The translations under genes and the position numbers were made by a program. The notes beneath the pieces were generated by a model that saw only the letters and a list, made by a program, of their open reading frames with translations, had not been told where the DNA came from and did not search any database. Of a stretch of DNA of 42,748 nucleotides, positions 31,390-39,123 are shown in pieces (position 1 is the first letter of the stretch; every line of letters begins with the position of its first letter). The stretch lies in IMG/VR virus record IMGVR_UViG_3300013383_000009, positions 1-42,748 of that record. One strand, given 5' to 3'. Origin of the DNA: a virus.

Positions 31390-32073
31390 CCTGTTGATTT
31401 TTGGTAAGCAGACTATTTAGGACGCATCCCTTGTAGCGGTCTGCCAGCGCATATCCGCACTTTCGGGCAGGCGCTATGCCATTTGCCCACGGCAGCGGTT
31501 CTCCGCTTTTGGAGCGGCGCTGCGGTCCTGCCCCGCTTTAGCACTTCAGGGAAAGTCCCCGTCACTCGCTGTGGTCTCCCCTTACGGGGCACCTGCGCCA
31601 CATATTGGTCGTCTTCCCGCTTAGATTGTCACACGCTACCGGCAAATACGCTTCGAAAAGTCGTATCCCCTATTCCGTCTGGTCAAACCGGTCTTGACGC
31701 ATCAAGACAAGCGCAGTTTTCAGCGAGCATTGTCATTTCCATGTGAGCCACGACGAACGGTCTCACAGTGTCCGGGCGCTACCCGGCCTCTTGTGCAAGC
31801 GGCTGGACTCGAACCAGCGACCAATGGAATTCAATCGCATATCCATTTGCGCGATAAAGCTCTACCGACTGAGCTACGCCTGCATATAACAACAGCCCAT
31901 AGGTTTCCCTACAGGCTGTTTGTGCCGGTATGACCTTTCGGTGCCAGAAGGTGCGCCCATTACCGACGGCGCATATAGTATCGAAAGGAGGAGAGATGAA
32001 AGCTACATGGTGTAGCCGGGGTGGATGTCTTGGCTTTTGCCCAATCATCCACTATACACATTTTACCACATCA
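31390..32073 (-). ncRNA. Candidate large structured non-coding RNA (class unresolved; GOLLD/ROOL-like context)
   Basis: No credible CDS in 684 nt. An extended -10 (TGgTAAAAT, plus 32060-32068) sits at the 5' side. Many minus-sense hairpins carry GAAA, GUAA or UGCG loops. A tRNA-like module is embedded. Confidence 0.5.
31794..31883 (-). tRNA. tRNA-like module, 90 nt, with a non-canonical 40-nt D-to-T region (identity unresolved)
   Basis: Minus-sense GCAGGCG TA GCTC AGTCGGTA GAGC ...40 nt... GCTGG TTCGAGT CCAGC CGCTTGC A. The best anticodon arm is ATGCG-AUUGAAU-TCCAT (one C.C mismatch, anticodon UGA), preceded by a 17-nt insertion. Alternative helices ATCGC/GCGAT and AATGGA/TCCATT interleave. 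No CCA is encoded. Confidence 0.55.
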
Positions 32074-32538
32074 TTAAGTGGAATTTGTGCCATCTTTTGC
32101 GTAAAGGCCGCTATATTTGGCCACATCCATCAAAAATTGCTCTTTCCTCCGGCTAAATGTCCTCTCGCTGATCCCCGGAATCACGATCTTGTTGCGAGAG
32201 TATTTGTGCTTGCCCTGGCAGTTGCGCATGATGCCATATATCAGTTGCCGCCGGATCGTCTCGCTGCTAATATCTCTGCCGCAGCGGTCTATAGCGTATT
32301 CCACCGCCAGCATCTTCTGCGTCTCTGGCCAGTGCTCTATGGCGGCCAGTTGCTCCGCCTTGCTCTCGGCGGGTCTGCCAGCGCCTTGTCCACTTGGCAT
32401 GCCCTCCGTGGCTCTATGCGTTCCGTCGAGGATTTCCGCCCGGGCCTCGCGATATGCCCGCACCCGGCGCGGGTATCCTCTCACATAAGCAATGCACTCC
32501 AACCGCACATCATAAGGCAGCGTCGCCTTTTTGCTCAT
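32074..32538 (-). CDS. Putative late-gene transcriptional activator (RinA/ArpU-like)
   Basis: 154 aa upstream of the packaging module. IAYVRGYPRRVRAYREARAEIL plus a C-terminal HTH-like ISERTFSRRKEQFL. The call rests on position and pattern. Confidence 0.6.
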   Translation of the reverse strand: MSKKATLPYDVRLECIAYVRGYPRRVRAYREARAEILDGTHRATEGMPSGQGAGRPAESKAEQLAAIEHWPETQKMLAVEYAIDRCGRDISSETIRRQLIYGIMRNCQGKHKYSRNKIVIPGISERTFSRRKEQFLMDVAKYSGLYAKDGTNST

Positions 32539-32548
32539 TTGCCCTCCT

Positions 32549-32842
32549 TTACTCCGCGCTGTTTACCAGCTTATATTCGCCCCGCAGGGCCTTTTCGATG
32601 TCCGCCATCTTGATATATCCGTTGTTTTTTGCCTCCACCAGCTCCACAAGGCATTGCTGTAGGTATTCCAAGCTCCGGGCGTCGTGCTCGTCCGCCGTCT
32701 CCTCCCTCACATGGAATCCGCACTTGTCCAGCAGCACGCAGGACACATTGTCCATGCATTGTTTGGTTCCATCCAGGCGGCCCAGCTCATAGGCTTTGGC
32801 CGGATTATTGGGCACCGGTCTGCCGTTGGTTCGCTTGAGCAT
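32549..32842 (-). CDS. Hypothetical protein
   Basis: ATG (MLKRTNGRPVPNN...) 6 nt after AGAGGTG. Confidence 0.65.
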   Translation of the reverse strand: MLKRTNGRPVPNNPAKAYELGRLDGTKQCMDNVSCVLLDKCGFHVREETADEHDARSLEYLQQCLVELVEAKNNGYIKMADIEKALRGEYKLVNSAE

Positions 32843-32972
32843 CACTGTCACCTCTTTCCTCAAATCTGCACACGCCGGGGGTGTCCGCCACAGGGCAGAA
32901 GTCTGCACACATCGGGCAGTCAGCGTTGACGCAGACTTCATCCTGCATCCACTTGCAGTTAAGCATCGGCAT
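32805..32972 (-). CDS. Small Cys-rich protein (55 aa)
   Basis: Translation: MPMLNCKWMQDEVCVNADCPMCADFCPVADTPGVCRFEE.... Overlaps both neighbours. No clear RBS. Confidence 0.35.
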   Translation of the reverse strand: MPMLNCKWMQDEVCVNADCPMCADFCPVADTPGVCRFEERGDSDAQANQRQTGAQ

Positions 32973-33255
32973 CAACAGCCTTTCTCGCGCTGGAGCTACA
33001 AAAATCGTGCCCCCAAGCATCATGCTTGTGCAGCTTACACCAGCTCCATTTCTCAGCTTCGTTTTCCCCGCTTGACCAATATGCGCAATCACGGCAATGC
33101 ACCACGCGCACAGCGTCCACAACAGTAGGCTCTTTGTCGATCACCGCGCCCAGCAACTTTAACACTAAAGTATAGCCGGTTTCTTTTTTGGCTTTGCCCG
33201 TTTCGTCAAGCAATCCCGCCTTAAAAGCATCCGCATCAATCAGTCGCATTGTCAT
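32959..33255 (-). CDS. Hypothetical protein
   Basis: 98 aa, ATGA-coupled to the upstream gene. Contains CRDCAYW...C...H...C. Confidence 0.65.
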   Translation of the reverse strand: MTMRLIDADAFKAGLLDETGKAKKETGYTLVLKLLGAVIDKEPTVVDAVRVVHCRDCAYWSSGENEAEKWSWCKLHKHDAWGHDFCSSSARKAVDADA

Positions 33256-33503
33256 ACATCCTCCAACATTTCTTTGATTTTTTCGGCGTTTGCCCTAATA
33301 ATATCCATTACCACATCGCTTTGAATGTGGTGTGCAAACACCGCCTTGTCTGTCGCATCAGCATTGTAATACCCAGTGAATGTCTCCCCATCCGGTGATG
33401 TTGCCGCGATACACAGGCATGCCGGCTTAAAATCGGTGATAACCTTCAGCGATTCCTCCAGCCATGCCGCATACGGCTGCTTTGTGATGTCTTCCATCTC
33501 CAC
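33252..33503 (-). CDS. Hypothetical protein
   Basis: 83 aa, tightly packed in the operon. Confidence 0.65.
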   Translation of the reverse strand: MEMEDITKQPYAAWLEESLKVITDFKPACLCIAATSPDGETFTGYYNADATDKAVFAHHIQSDVVMDIIRANAEKIKEMLEDV

Positions 33504-33704
33504 TTACCTCATATGCCTTTTCCCGGCCTTAGCAAATCTCGCGCTCTGCCTTACAAAGCGCTCCCGGGCATAGGTGTTGGATTGATCCACCCACGGCTTT
33601 TCCTCCAGCCGCTGGGCCTCGTAGCCCTGGAATGTTTCGCACGTCTTCCGGCATCTCCCGCACGGGAGCCTGTCGGGGCAGTCCTGTACACATGGGCTTT
33701 TCAT
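33504..33704 (-). CDS. Small Cys-rich protein
   Basis: ATG (MKSPCVQDCPDRLPCGRCRKTCETF...) overlaps the upstream stop. Confidence 0.55.
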   Translation of the reverse strand: MKSPCVQDCPDRLPCGRCRKTCETFQGYEAQRLEEKPWVDQSNTYARERFVRQSARFAKAGKRHMR

Positions 33705-34150
33705 GCGCTCCACCTCACAATCTTTTCCCGCACGCCCCATTGCAGGGCGTCCTCGTGGCTGTCAAAGTACAGATCCAGCCGATTCCCGGCAATAGCCCCG
33801 CCGGTATCCTGCACGGTGTATGTATGTCCGTCTATCTCCAACTCCGTGCCCATCGGCAGCACGTCCGGGTCTGCGGCGATAGTCACGCCCTGGGTGGCCT
33901 TTTCGCCGGTAGCTGTGTAGCCATTTGCGTACGCCCCACAGCATTTTTCACACGGGCAGTATGCCGTAACGGTGAACATGTCTGTCCGAGTTTCCCGTGC
34001 CTCCTGTGGATCATTGCGGGGTAGCACCACCACCGACGGCAGCACCACAGGCTCCGGTGCCTTTTTACTGCCATCGGCTGCGGACGCAATGCCCAAGGCC
34101 CCCAAGGTTGCCACAAGCAGTGCTGCAATTAATACGTTTCTTTTCACCAT
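33701..34150 (-). CDS. Secreted 3D-domain protein (RlpA/MltA-like double-psi beta-barrel)
   Basis: Signal peptide MVKRNVLIAALLVATLGALGIASA. FTVTAYCPCEKCCG...TATGEKATQGVTIAADPDVLPMGTELEI...VQDTGGAIAGNRLDLYFDSHEDALQWG matches the 3D-domain pattern. Confidence 0.85.
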   Translation of the reverse strand: MVKRNVLIAALLVATLGALGIASAADGSKKAPEPVVLPSVVVLPRNDPQEARETRTDMFTVTAYCPCEKCCGAYANGYTATGEKATQGVTIAADPDVLPMGTELEIDGHTYTVQDTGGAIAGNRLDLYFDSHEDALQWGVREKIVRWSA

Positions 34151-34728
34151 TCCACCGTCACCTGCCCTTCGTCCGGCAGCAATACCCGCAGGTTTGCTAA
34201 CAGGGATTCCCGGTCGCCGCTCATCTCCAGCCGGGCATGCAGCAATTTTGCACCGGCATTTGGTTTTTCGGATTTCAGAGCATCGGCAACGGCGTGCCCC
34301 CCCTCAATCTGCGCATCTGCTGTATGTACGGCCACCGCGTCTGCATTGGCCCACTCCATAACCTTGCGCTGCCACATTTTTTCGTTTCGGACACCGCGCC
34401 GAAACGGCGCACCTACCAATTCGGCCTCATGTCGTATCGTTGCATCACAAGCGCCCATTTCCTCCGCCAGCCATTTGACGGTGCCGCCGAATGATTGCAT
34501 GTTCCGGAAAAATTCTCGCTTCAGGTCCTCCGGCATGGCCTTGAACTGATGCCACGGCATAGGCCGTGTGATGTTATAGCTTTTCACCTCTCCGTTTTTC
34601 TCCTTTCTCTGTTTTGCGGTAAGGGCGTCGCTGGGCAACGAGCACCCACTGCGCTTTCTGCTTATGTGGGCAAATGCCCCTCGTGCCGCACGCTTTTTCA
34701 GCATGCAATCGTAGTCAAAATCATTCAC
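34144..34728 (-). CDS. Hypothetical protein (possible HTH)
   Basis: The start is uncertain. GTG at 34728 lies 8 nt after AAAGGGG; the track start is a TTG at 34755. Confidence 0.6.
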   Translation of the reverse strand: MNDFDYDCMLKKRAARGAFAHISRKRSGCSLPSDALTAKQRKEKNGEVKSYNITRPMPWHQFKAMPEDLKREFFRNMQSFGGTVKWLAEEMGACDATIRHEAELVGAPFRRGVRNEKMWQRKVMEWANADAVAVHTADAQIEGGHAVADALKSEKPNAGAKLLHARLEMSGDRESLLANLRVLLPDEGQVTVEW

Positions 34729-35104
34729 CAACGTCACCCCTTTCGTCTGGATCAAATTCCGGGCAGCTTATTACCAAGTAAGATTCCGATTTCCGGCCCG
34801 GCATCCCGGGTGATTTGACCGCCACCCAGCCCGGCACCGGTTCAAACCGTATCTTCTTGGCGGTGTCCAGCTCCGTCCAGGCGCAGCGGCCAACGGCCTT
34901 TTGACATCTCCAGCAGAGTGTTCCCCCAATGGATACGTTGTCGGGGTTTTCTCTCTTTTCCTGTCGTATGCGGCGCAGTTTGCGGTCGATTGCTTCGCAC
35001 TGTTTGCAAGCCGTTCTCCACTTGTTGGCACCCTTGCTGTAATAGTTTGAAATCGGCTGCTCCACGCCGCACACCCTGCATACGCGCGTCTCAGTCAAAC
35101 TCAC
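34721..35104 (-). CDS. Zinc-ribbon protein
   Basis: GTG at 35104 overlaps the upstream stop (GTGA). Motifs CRVCG...CKQC and CWRC...C. Confidence 0.6.
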   Translation of the reverse strand: MSLTETRVCRVCGVEQPISNYYSKGANKWRTACKQCEAIDRKLRRIRQEKRENPDNVSIGGTLCWRCQKAVGRCAWTELDTAKKIRFEPVPGWVAVKSPGMPGRKSESYLVISCPEFDPDERGDVGE

Positions 35105-35382
35105 GGCGCCCCTCTTTTCCCGCGTTGGCCGCTCAAGATGTCTGCAGCCGCCCGCAAGTCGTCCGGCATCCCAACGGGGCATGTAAAAGCGTTTTCGTCT
35201 CCCCACTTGGCATATTCCAGCAGGATGCGTGCGATTTGACCCGCGTCACGCTCTCGCACGGTGTCATCGTTTATGTAGTGCTTACATTTTTCGTCGCGCA
35301 CCAAAAATCCCCCCGTGCAATATGTCCCGCAAATATCCTCGCGCATCCTTGCATACCAGCAAGTCGTACACGGCGCACTCAT
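35101..35382 (-). CDS. Small Cys-rich protein
   Basis: ATGA overlap with the PP-loop gene. Begins MSAPCTTCWYARMREDICGTYCTGG. Confidence 0.65.
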   Translation of the reverse strand: MSAPCTTCWYARMREDICGTYCTGGFLVRDEKCKHYINDDTVRERDAGQIARILLEYAKWGDENAFTCPVGMPDDLRAAADILSGQRGKRGAP

Positions 35383-36518
35383 CCTTTCCCCTCCTCCAGC
35401 AAATCCACCTGCCCATCAAACTCTATCGAGTTTTTTGCTTCCGTCTTCTTTTTCTCCGCGCCTTCTTTTTTTCGGTGCTCCTTGTATTCGTTGTATTTTT
35501 GGCGGTAAATGTAAGATTTCCCAAAGATGCTCCACGCGGCCTTCACAACGTTAGGTTCATACGGTCGAATCAGCTCCAGGTCATCCACGGCCTTGTAGGA
35601 GATGGGGCAGCCGCAGCAGCCGGTACGAGTCAAGCCGTAGACCTCGTATGCGTCAGAGTATCGCACGCCGTAGAACTCTTTGTACCACGCCTTATCTGCA
35701 TCCGAGACGTAGTACAGAGGCCGAAGCCGGTACTGTCCGGTGCTAGTTTCTGTAAAGCAGAGTGATGTATTGTCCTTTCGAGGCACGGATCGCATGCCTC
35801 CCTCGTCCCGACGTTCGCCGGTGATAATCATGTCAAAGTCCTTTTGCACCCGGTGGGCCACCTGCTTTTTGCAGTAGTCGCAGCATTTTGCGCTGATTGG
35901 GAAGTCGGGAGGATACTCACCAATAAAGTCACGCATATACTTGCTGGAATTTATGACCAGCTGGATATTGGGGCGCGGCTCACCTGCCGAGTTACAGCAG
36001 CACAAGAAATTCAATACGCTTTCGCATTTTGGATAGCGTTCCCGCAACTCCTGCCGCTTCGCCTGTTTATCTTCCGCCGCGTCGTATTCTTCGGCCACCG
36101 ACAGGGGGACGCCCTTTTTTTGCCATTCGGACAGACCGGCGGACATGATTTTTGATACAAATGGGATCCCATACTTCCTGGATGCGGTGACGATGCTCAC
36201 CTTGGGCCTGTACTCTGTGATCTCCACGCCGTATTTCTCCGCCGCAGCCTTCACATGATCCTTTGTGGCCTTCATTTCCAGCCCCGTATTAAAAAAGGCG
36301 TATTTTACCGGTGGCAGATTGAAAATCTTACGGGTGCGCTCGATCAGGTCCAGCAAAATATCGCTGTCCGCGCCGCCCGAGTAGGAGCATATCGCGCTTG
36401 GATGCTGCGTCAGATGTTTGGCGATAATGCTTTCAATAGCCTGGAACTTTGCCGGGGCATCAAAATCCGCATAAGGCGGTCTGTCGGTGTATACCCGGCT
36501 TTTGTATGTATCTTTCAC
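35379..36518 (-). CDS. PP-loop ATP pyrophosphatase / PAPS-reductase-family protein with Cys-rich C-terminal half
   Basis: SYSGGADSDILLDL is an SGGxDS PP-loop. Cys clusters CCCNSAG, CCDYCKK and RTGCCGCP. Confidence 0.85.
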   Translation of the reverse strand: MKDTYKSRVYTDRPPYADFDAPAKFQAIESIIAKHLTQHPSAICSYSGGADSDILLDLIERTRKIFNLPPVKYAFFNTGLEMKATKDHVKAAAEKYGVEITEYRPKVSIVTASRKYGIPFVSKIMSAGLSEWQKKGVPLSVAEEYDAAEDKQAKRQELRERYPKCESVLNFLCCCNSAGEPRPNIQLVINSSKYMRDFIGEYPPDFPISAKCCDYCKKQVAHRVQKDFDMIITGERRDEGGMRSVPRKDNTSLCFTETSTGQYRLRPLYYVSDADKAWYKEFYGVRYSDAYEVYGLTRTGCCGCPISYKAVDDLELIRPYEPNVVKAAWSIFGKSYIYRQKYNEYKEHRKKEGAEKKKTEAKNSIEFDGQVDLLEEGKG

Positions 36519-36540
36519 TTCTTATCTCCTCCTGAATTTT

Positions 36541-36933
36541 TTAACATTCCGTTTCATCCATCTCCCGGATAAACACCACCGTCCGGGGGTTATCCTTGTC
36601 GTACAGTACCCGGCTCCCGTCATGGCTCACGATAACGCCGCTGTGGTCGTCCTTGAGTACTCCGGCCCTTACAAGCACATCGTCGATGGATTCCAGCAGG
36701 TTGGTCAAGTCCACCCTGCGCCGGGTAGGCATGTAAAACAGGCATTTGACCTCCACGGGGGTCTCGAACGGCTCGCGCGGGCGCTGCGCCTTGCAAAACC
36801 AAACCGCTTTTGCTTCGTAGCCCTGGTACTGCTTGGACGGCATGATAAACGGCTTTCCCGTTTTGCTGCTGTGCATGATCCGCATCGAGTTTTTCTTTGT
36901 GATGGGTGGCAGCGGCACCGTGATTTCAATCAT
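36541..36933 (-). CDS. rusA: RusA-family Holliday junction resolvase
   Basis: PPITKKNSMRI...RRVDLTNLLESIDDVLVRAGVLKDD matches the RusA pattern. Confidence 0.85.
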   Translation of the reverse strand: MIEITVPLPPITKKNSMRIMHSSKTGKPFIMPSKQYQGYEAKAVWFCKAQRPREPFETPVEVKCLFYMPTRRRVDLTNLLESIDDVLVRAGVLKDDHSGVIVSHDGSRVLYDKDNPRTVVFIREMDETEC

Positions 36934-37117
36934 CGTCTCCCTCCCCTATCGGCACGGCCACGTACTTGGGCCGTCCTTTGGCTCGCTTGCCGCCGTATAC
37001 GGCCCGGTAGATCGTCCGCCAGCTTACGCCGCACATGTTGGCCAGCTCTATGATGGATTCCGAAACGGCATCCGGCAGCTCGTATTTGTCGCGGCTCACT
37101 CGCATGTATACTGTCAT
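36926..37117 (-). CDS. Small HTH protein
   Basis: ATG at 37117. Contains IIELANMCGVSWRTIYRAV. Confidence 0.6.
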   Translation of the reverse strand: MTVYMRVSRDKYELPDAVSESIIELANMCGVSWRTIYRAVYGGKRAKGRPKYVAVPIGEGDDD

Positions 37118-37118
37118 T

Positions 37119-38804
37119 TCACACCGCCATTCCATCCATCAGTTCTGCCATCGTAGCAATTTTCTTCCCGCACCACTCCGGAAGGTTTGCGCGCACCAGC
37201 GCAGACGCCACCGGCGGGCACACGGCATTGCCGCAACGGGCCACCTGCTTAGTCCTCCCGTATTCGTTTCCCAAATAGTCGTGGTCGATGATGTAGTCGG
37301 GCGGGAATCCCATCGCGTTATACAGCTCGCGGGGCGACAGCATCCGCAGTCCGATGTCTGCGATGTAGTACATGGTCCCTCCGATCTCCAGCAGAAGCAC
37401 ATCATTCTCCGCCAGCGTATAGCCGCAGAACTCGTTCAGCAGGGCGCGTATCTCCGGCCAGTATCCAAGATCGTCGCCGCTGCGCATCTTTGTCAGATAC
37501 GCCTTGCACACGGCAAACTCCCCGGCGCTGGCGGTCACGGTCTGCATCGGGTCCTTTGCGCCATGTCCCAGGTCATCGCCCTTGAACTTCACAACATGAG
37601 CAGCGCATACCGCATTGTGGTCAATGGCTGTTACCGTAGGCAACGGCTCCACTGCCTTTCCGCCCACAACACCGCCGTAAAACTTGGCGATATGTGTCGC
37701 TATCACCGCCTCCCGGTCATGGCTGGTGACGGTGTGCATTGGCTGCTGTATGTCCAGCGGCCTGCCGCCGGTGTAATACTCCACCAAATTGGCGCAGGTC
37801 AGGCCGTAGCGGTTAGATGCGTCCACGGTGTTGATAGGCGTTCCCAGTCCGGAAGCGCGGACGCTCTCCGTCTGCTCCGTGTGATACTGGATCAGCGCGG
37901 GCGCCACGATATCGCCGGTGTGTTTTGCCGTAATGGTCTTGTGTGCATCTGTCACAGGTGCAATATGTCCGCTTCCGGAATGGTTGCACTCAACCAAGAA
38001 CGGATGCCCGCTGCGGATGGTAAACTTGTCCACGCCCCGGATGATACGCCGCACGGTGTTCTTCGCCAGCGGCCGCACTGCCTTTAGACCGTATTCGGTT
38101 ATGATCTCCGCCTTTGTTGCAAACACCGACGGACAGGGCAGACTCCAGTCGATGATCTCCGCCGCGCTGCGCCACTTGGGCCGCCCGTCTGCGCCAGTCT
38201 TGCTGTGGGTGGGCTTCGGCCACACGATGGGCTTGCCGTCACAGCGGGCAATCATGTAAAACCGTTTGCGGGAGGTAGGCGCTCCAAAGTCCGCCGCCAC
38301 CAATTCCCGGAACTCCACGGTGTAGCCCAGCGCCTCCAGTTGGCTGATAAACCGCCGGAAAGTCGTTCCTGCCAGCTTCTTCACCGGCTTACCCTTACGC
38401 ACAGGCCCCCAGGTCTGAAATTCCTCCACATTTTCCAGGATGATGACCCTGGGCCGCACCTCCGCCGCCCAGCGAAGAGTGATCCACGCAAGGCCGCGAA
38501 TTTTACGATCCACCAATGCCGCGCCCTTGGCCTTAGAGAAGTGCTTGCAGTCAGGCGAAAACCACGCCAGCCCCACGGGGCGGCCTCTGCAAACGGATTT
38601 TGGGTCTACATCCCAAACGGACGCTTGCAGGTGCTCCGTATACGGGTGGTTTGTGCGGTGCATAAGGATGGCATCCGGGTCGTGGTTAATGGCAATCGCC
38701 ACCTGTCTTCCGGTAGCCAGTTCAATGCCGGTGGATGCCCCGCCGCCACCGGCAAAGTTATCGACGATAATCTCTCCCGTCATCGTCTCCTGCGCGAATA
38801 TCAT
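37119..38804 (-). CDS. DNA (cytosine-5) methyltransferase with a very long variable region
   Basis: Motif I DNFAGGGG, motif IV-like FSPDCKHFS, motif VI ILENVEEF, C-terminal CGNAVCPPV. About 330 aa separate the ENV motif from the C-terminal motifs. Confidence 0.88.
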   Translation of the reverse strand: MIFAQETMTGEIIVDNFAGGGGASTGIELATGRQVAIAINHDPDAILMHRTNHPYTEHLQASVWDVDPKSVCRGRPVGLAWFSPDCKHFSKAKGAALVDRKIRGLAWITLRWAAEVRPRVIILENVEEFQTWGPVRKGKPVKKLAGTTFRRFISQLEALGYTVEFRELVAADFGAPTSRKRFYMIARCDGKPIVWPKPTHSKTGADGRPKWRSAAEIIDWSLPCPSVFATKAEIITEYGLKAVRPLAKNTVRRIIRGVDKFTIRSGHPFLVECNHSGSGHIAPVTDAHKTITAKHTGDIVAPALIQYHTEQTESVRASGLGTPINTVDASNRYGLTCANLVEYYTGGRPLDIQQPMHTVTSHDREAVIATHIAKFYGGVVGGKAVEPLPTVTAIDHNAVCAAHVVKFKGDDLGHGAKDPMQTVTASAGEFAVCKAYLTKMRSGDDLGYWPEIRALLNEFCGYTLAENDVLLLEIGGTMYYIADIGLRMLSPRELYNAMGFPPDYIIDHDYLGNEYGRTKQVARCGNAVCPPVASALVRANLPEWCGKKIATMAELMDGMAV

Positions 38805-39112
38805 CCTTGCACCCTCGCTTTCTCCAGCAGCTCCTCCACAGTCATCTGCCCTGGCACCTGCATGGCATCCGCCAGCCGCTTATAAGTGGTCAGCTCGTCC
38901 AAAAACCGCGACAAGTACATGTCCAGGAGCATCTTCTTTTCCTCCTCCGTCTCGGCCAATTTATACCCGCCCTCTGGCAGCGCCACAATGGGCACACCCT
39001 GCCGCCGCTGGGCACGGATCATGTGGCGGTTAGCGCGATCCGGCATCCCAGTCAGCGCTTCCAAGTTCTTCCGGGTGTATGTAATGCCCGGAGCCATTAC
39101 CCAAGTTTTCAT
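38801..39112 (-). CDS. Hypothetical protein
   Basis: ATG (MKTWVMAPGITY...) 6 nt after TAGGAGGG. Confidence 0.6.
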   Translation of the reverse strand: MKTWVMAPGITYTRKNLEALTGMPDRANRHMIRAQRRQGVPIVALPEGGYKLAETEEEKKMLLDMYLSRFLDELTTYKRLADAMQVPGQMTVEELLEKARVQG

Positions 39113-39123
39113 CCATCGCCCTC

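Noticed and set aside
31413-31793. Considered tmRNA or a group I intron because of the adjacent tRNA-like T arm.
   Set aside because: The tRNA-like module has a normal D arm and closed acceptor stem, unlike tmRNA. I found no tag-peptide reading frame with resume-codon context, and no recognisable group I P7/P3 core.
31985-32613. Plus-strand ORF with a strong-looking SD (AAAGGAGGAGAG-ATG at 31985-31999) running antisense through the late-activator gene; possible small hydrophobic toxin.
   Set aside because: After the first ~25 codons it is simply the shadow frame of 32074..32538 (Pro/Arg/His/Leu-rich). The SD-like string is equally the CU-rich CUCUCCUCCUUU segment of the minus-sense structured RNA. 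It stays a low-probability alternative.
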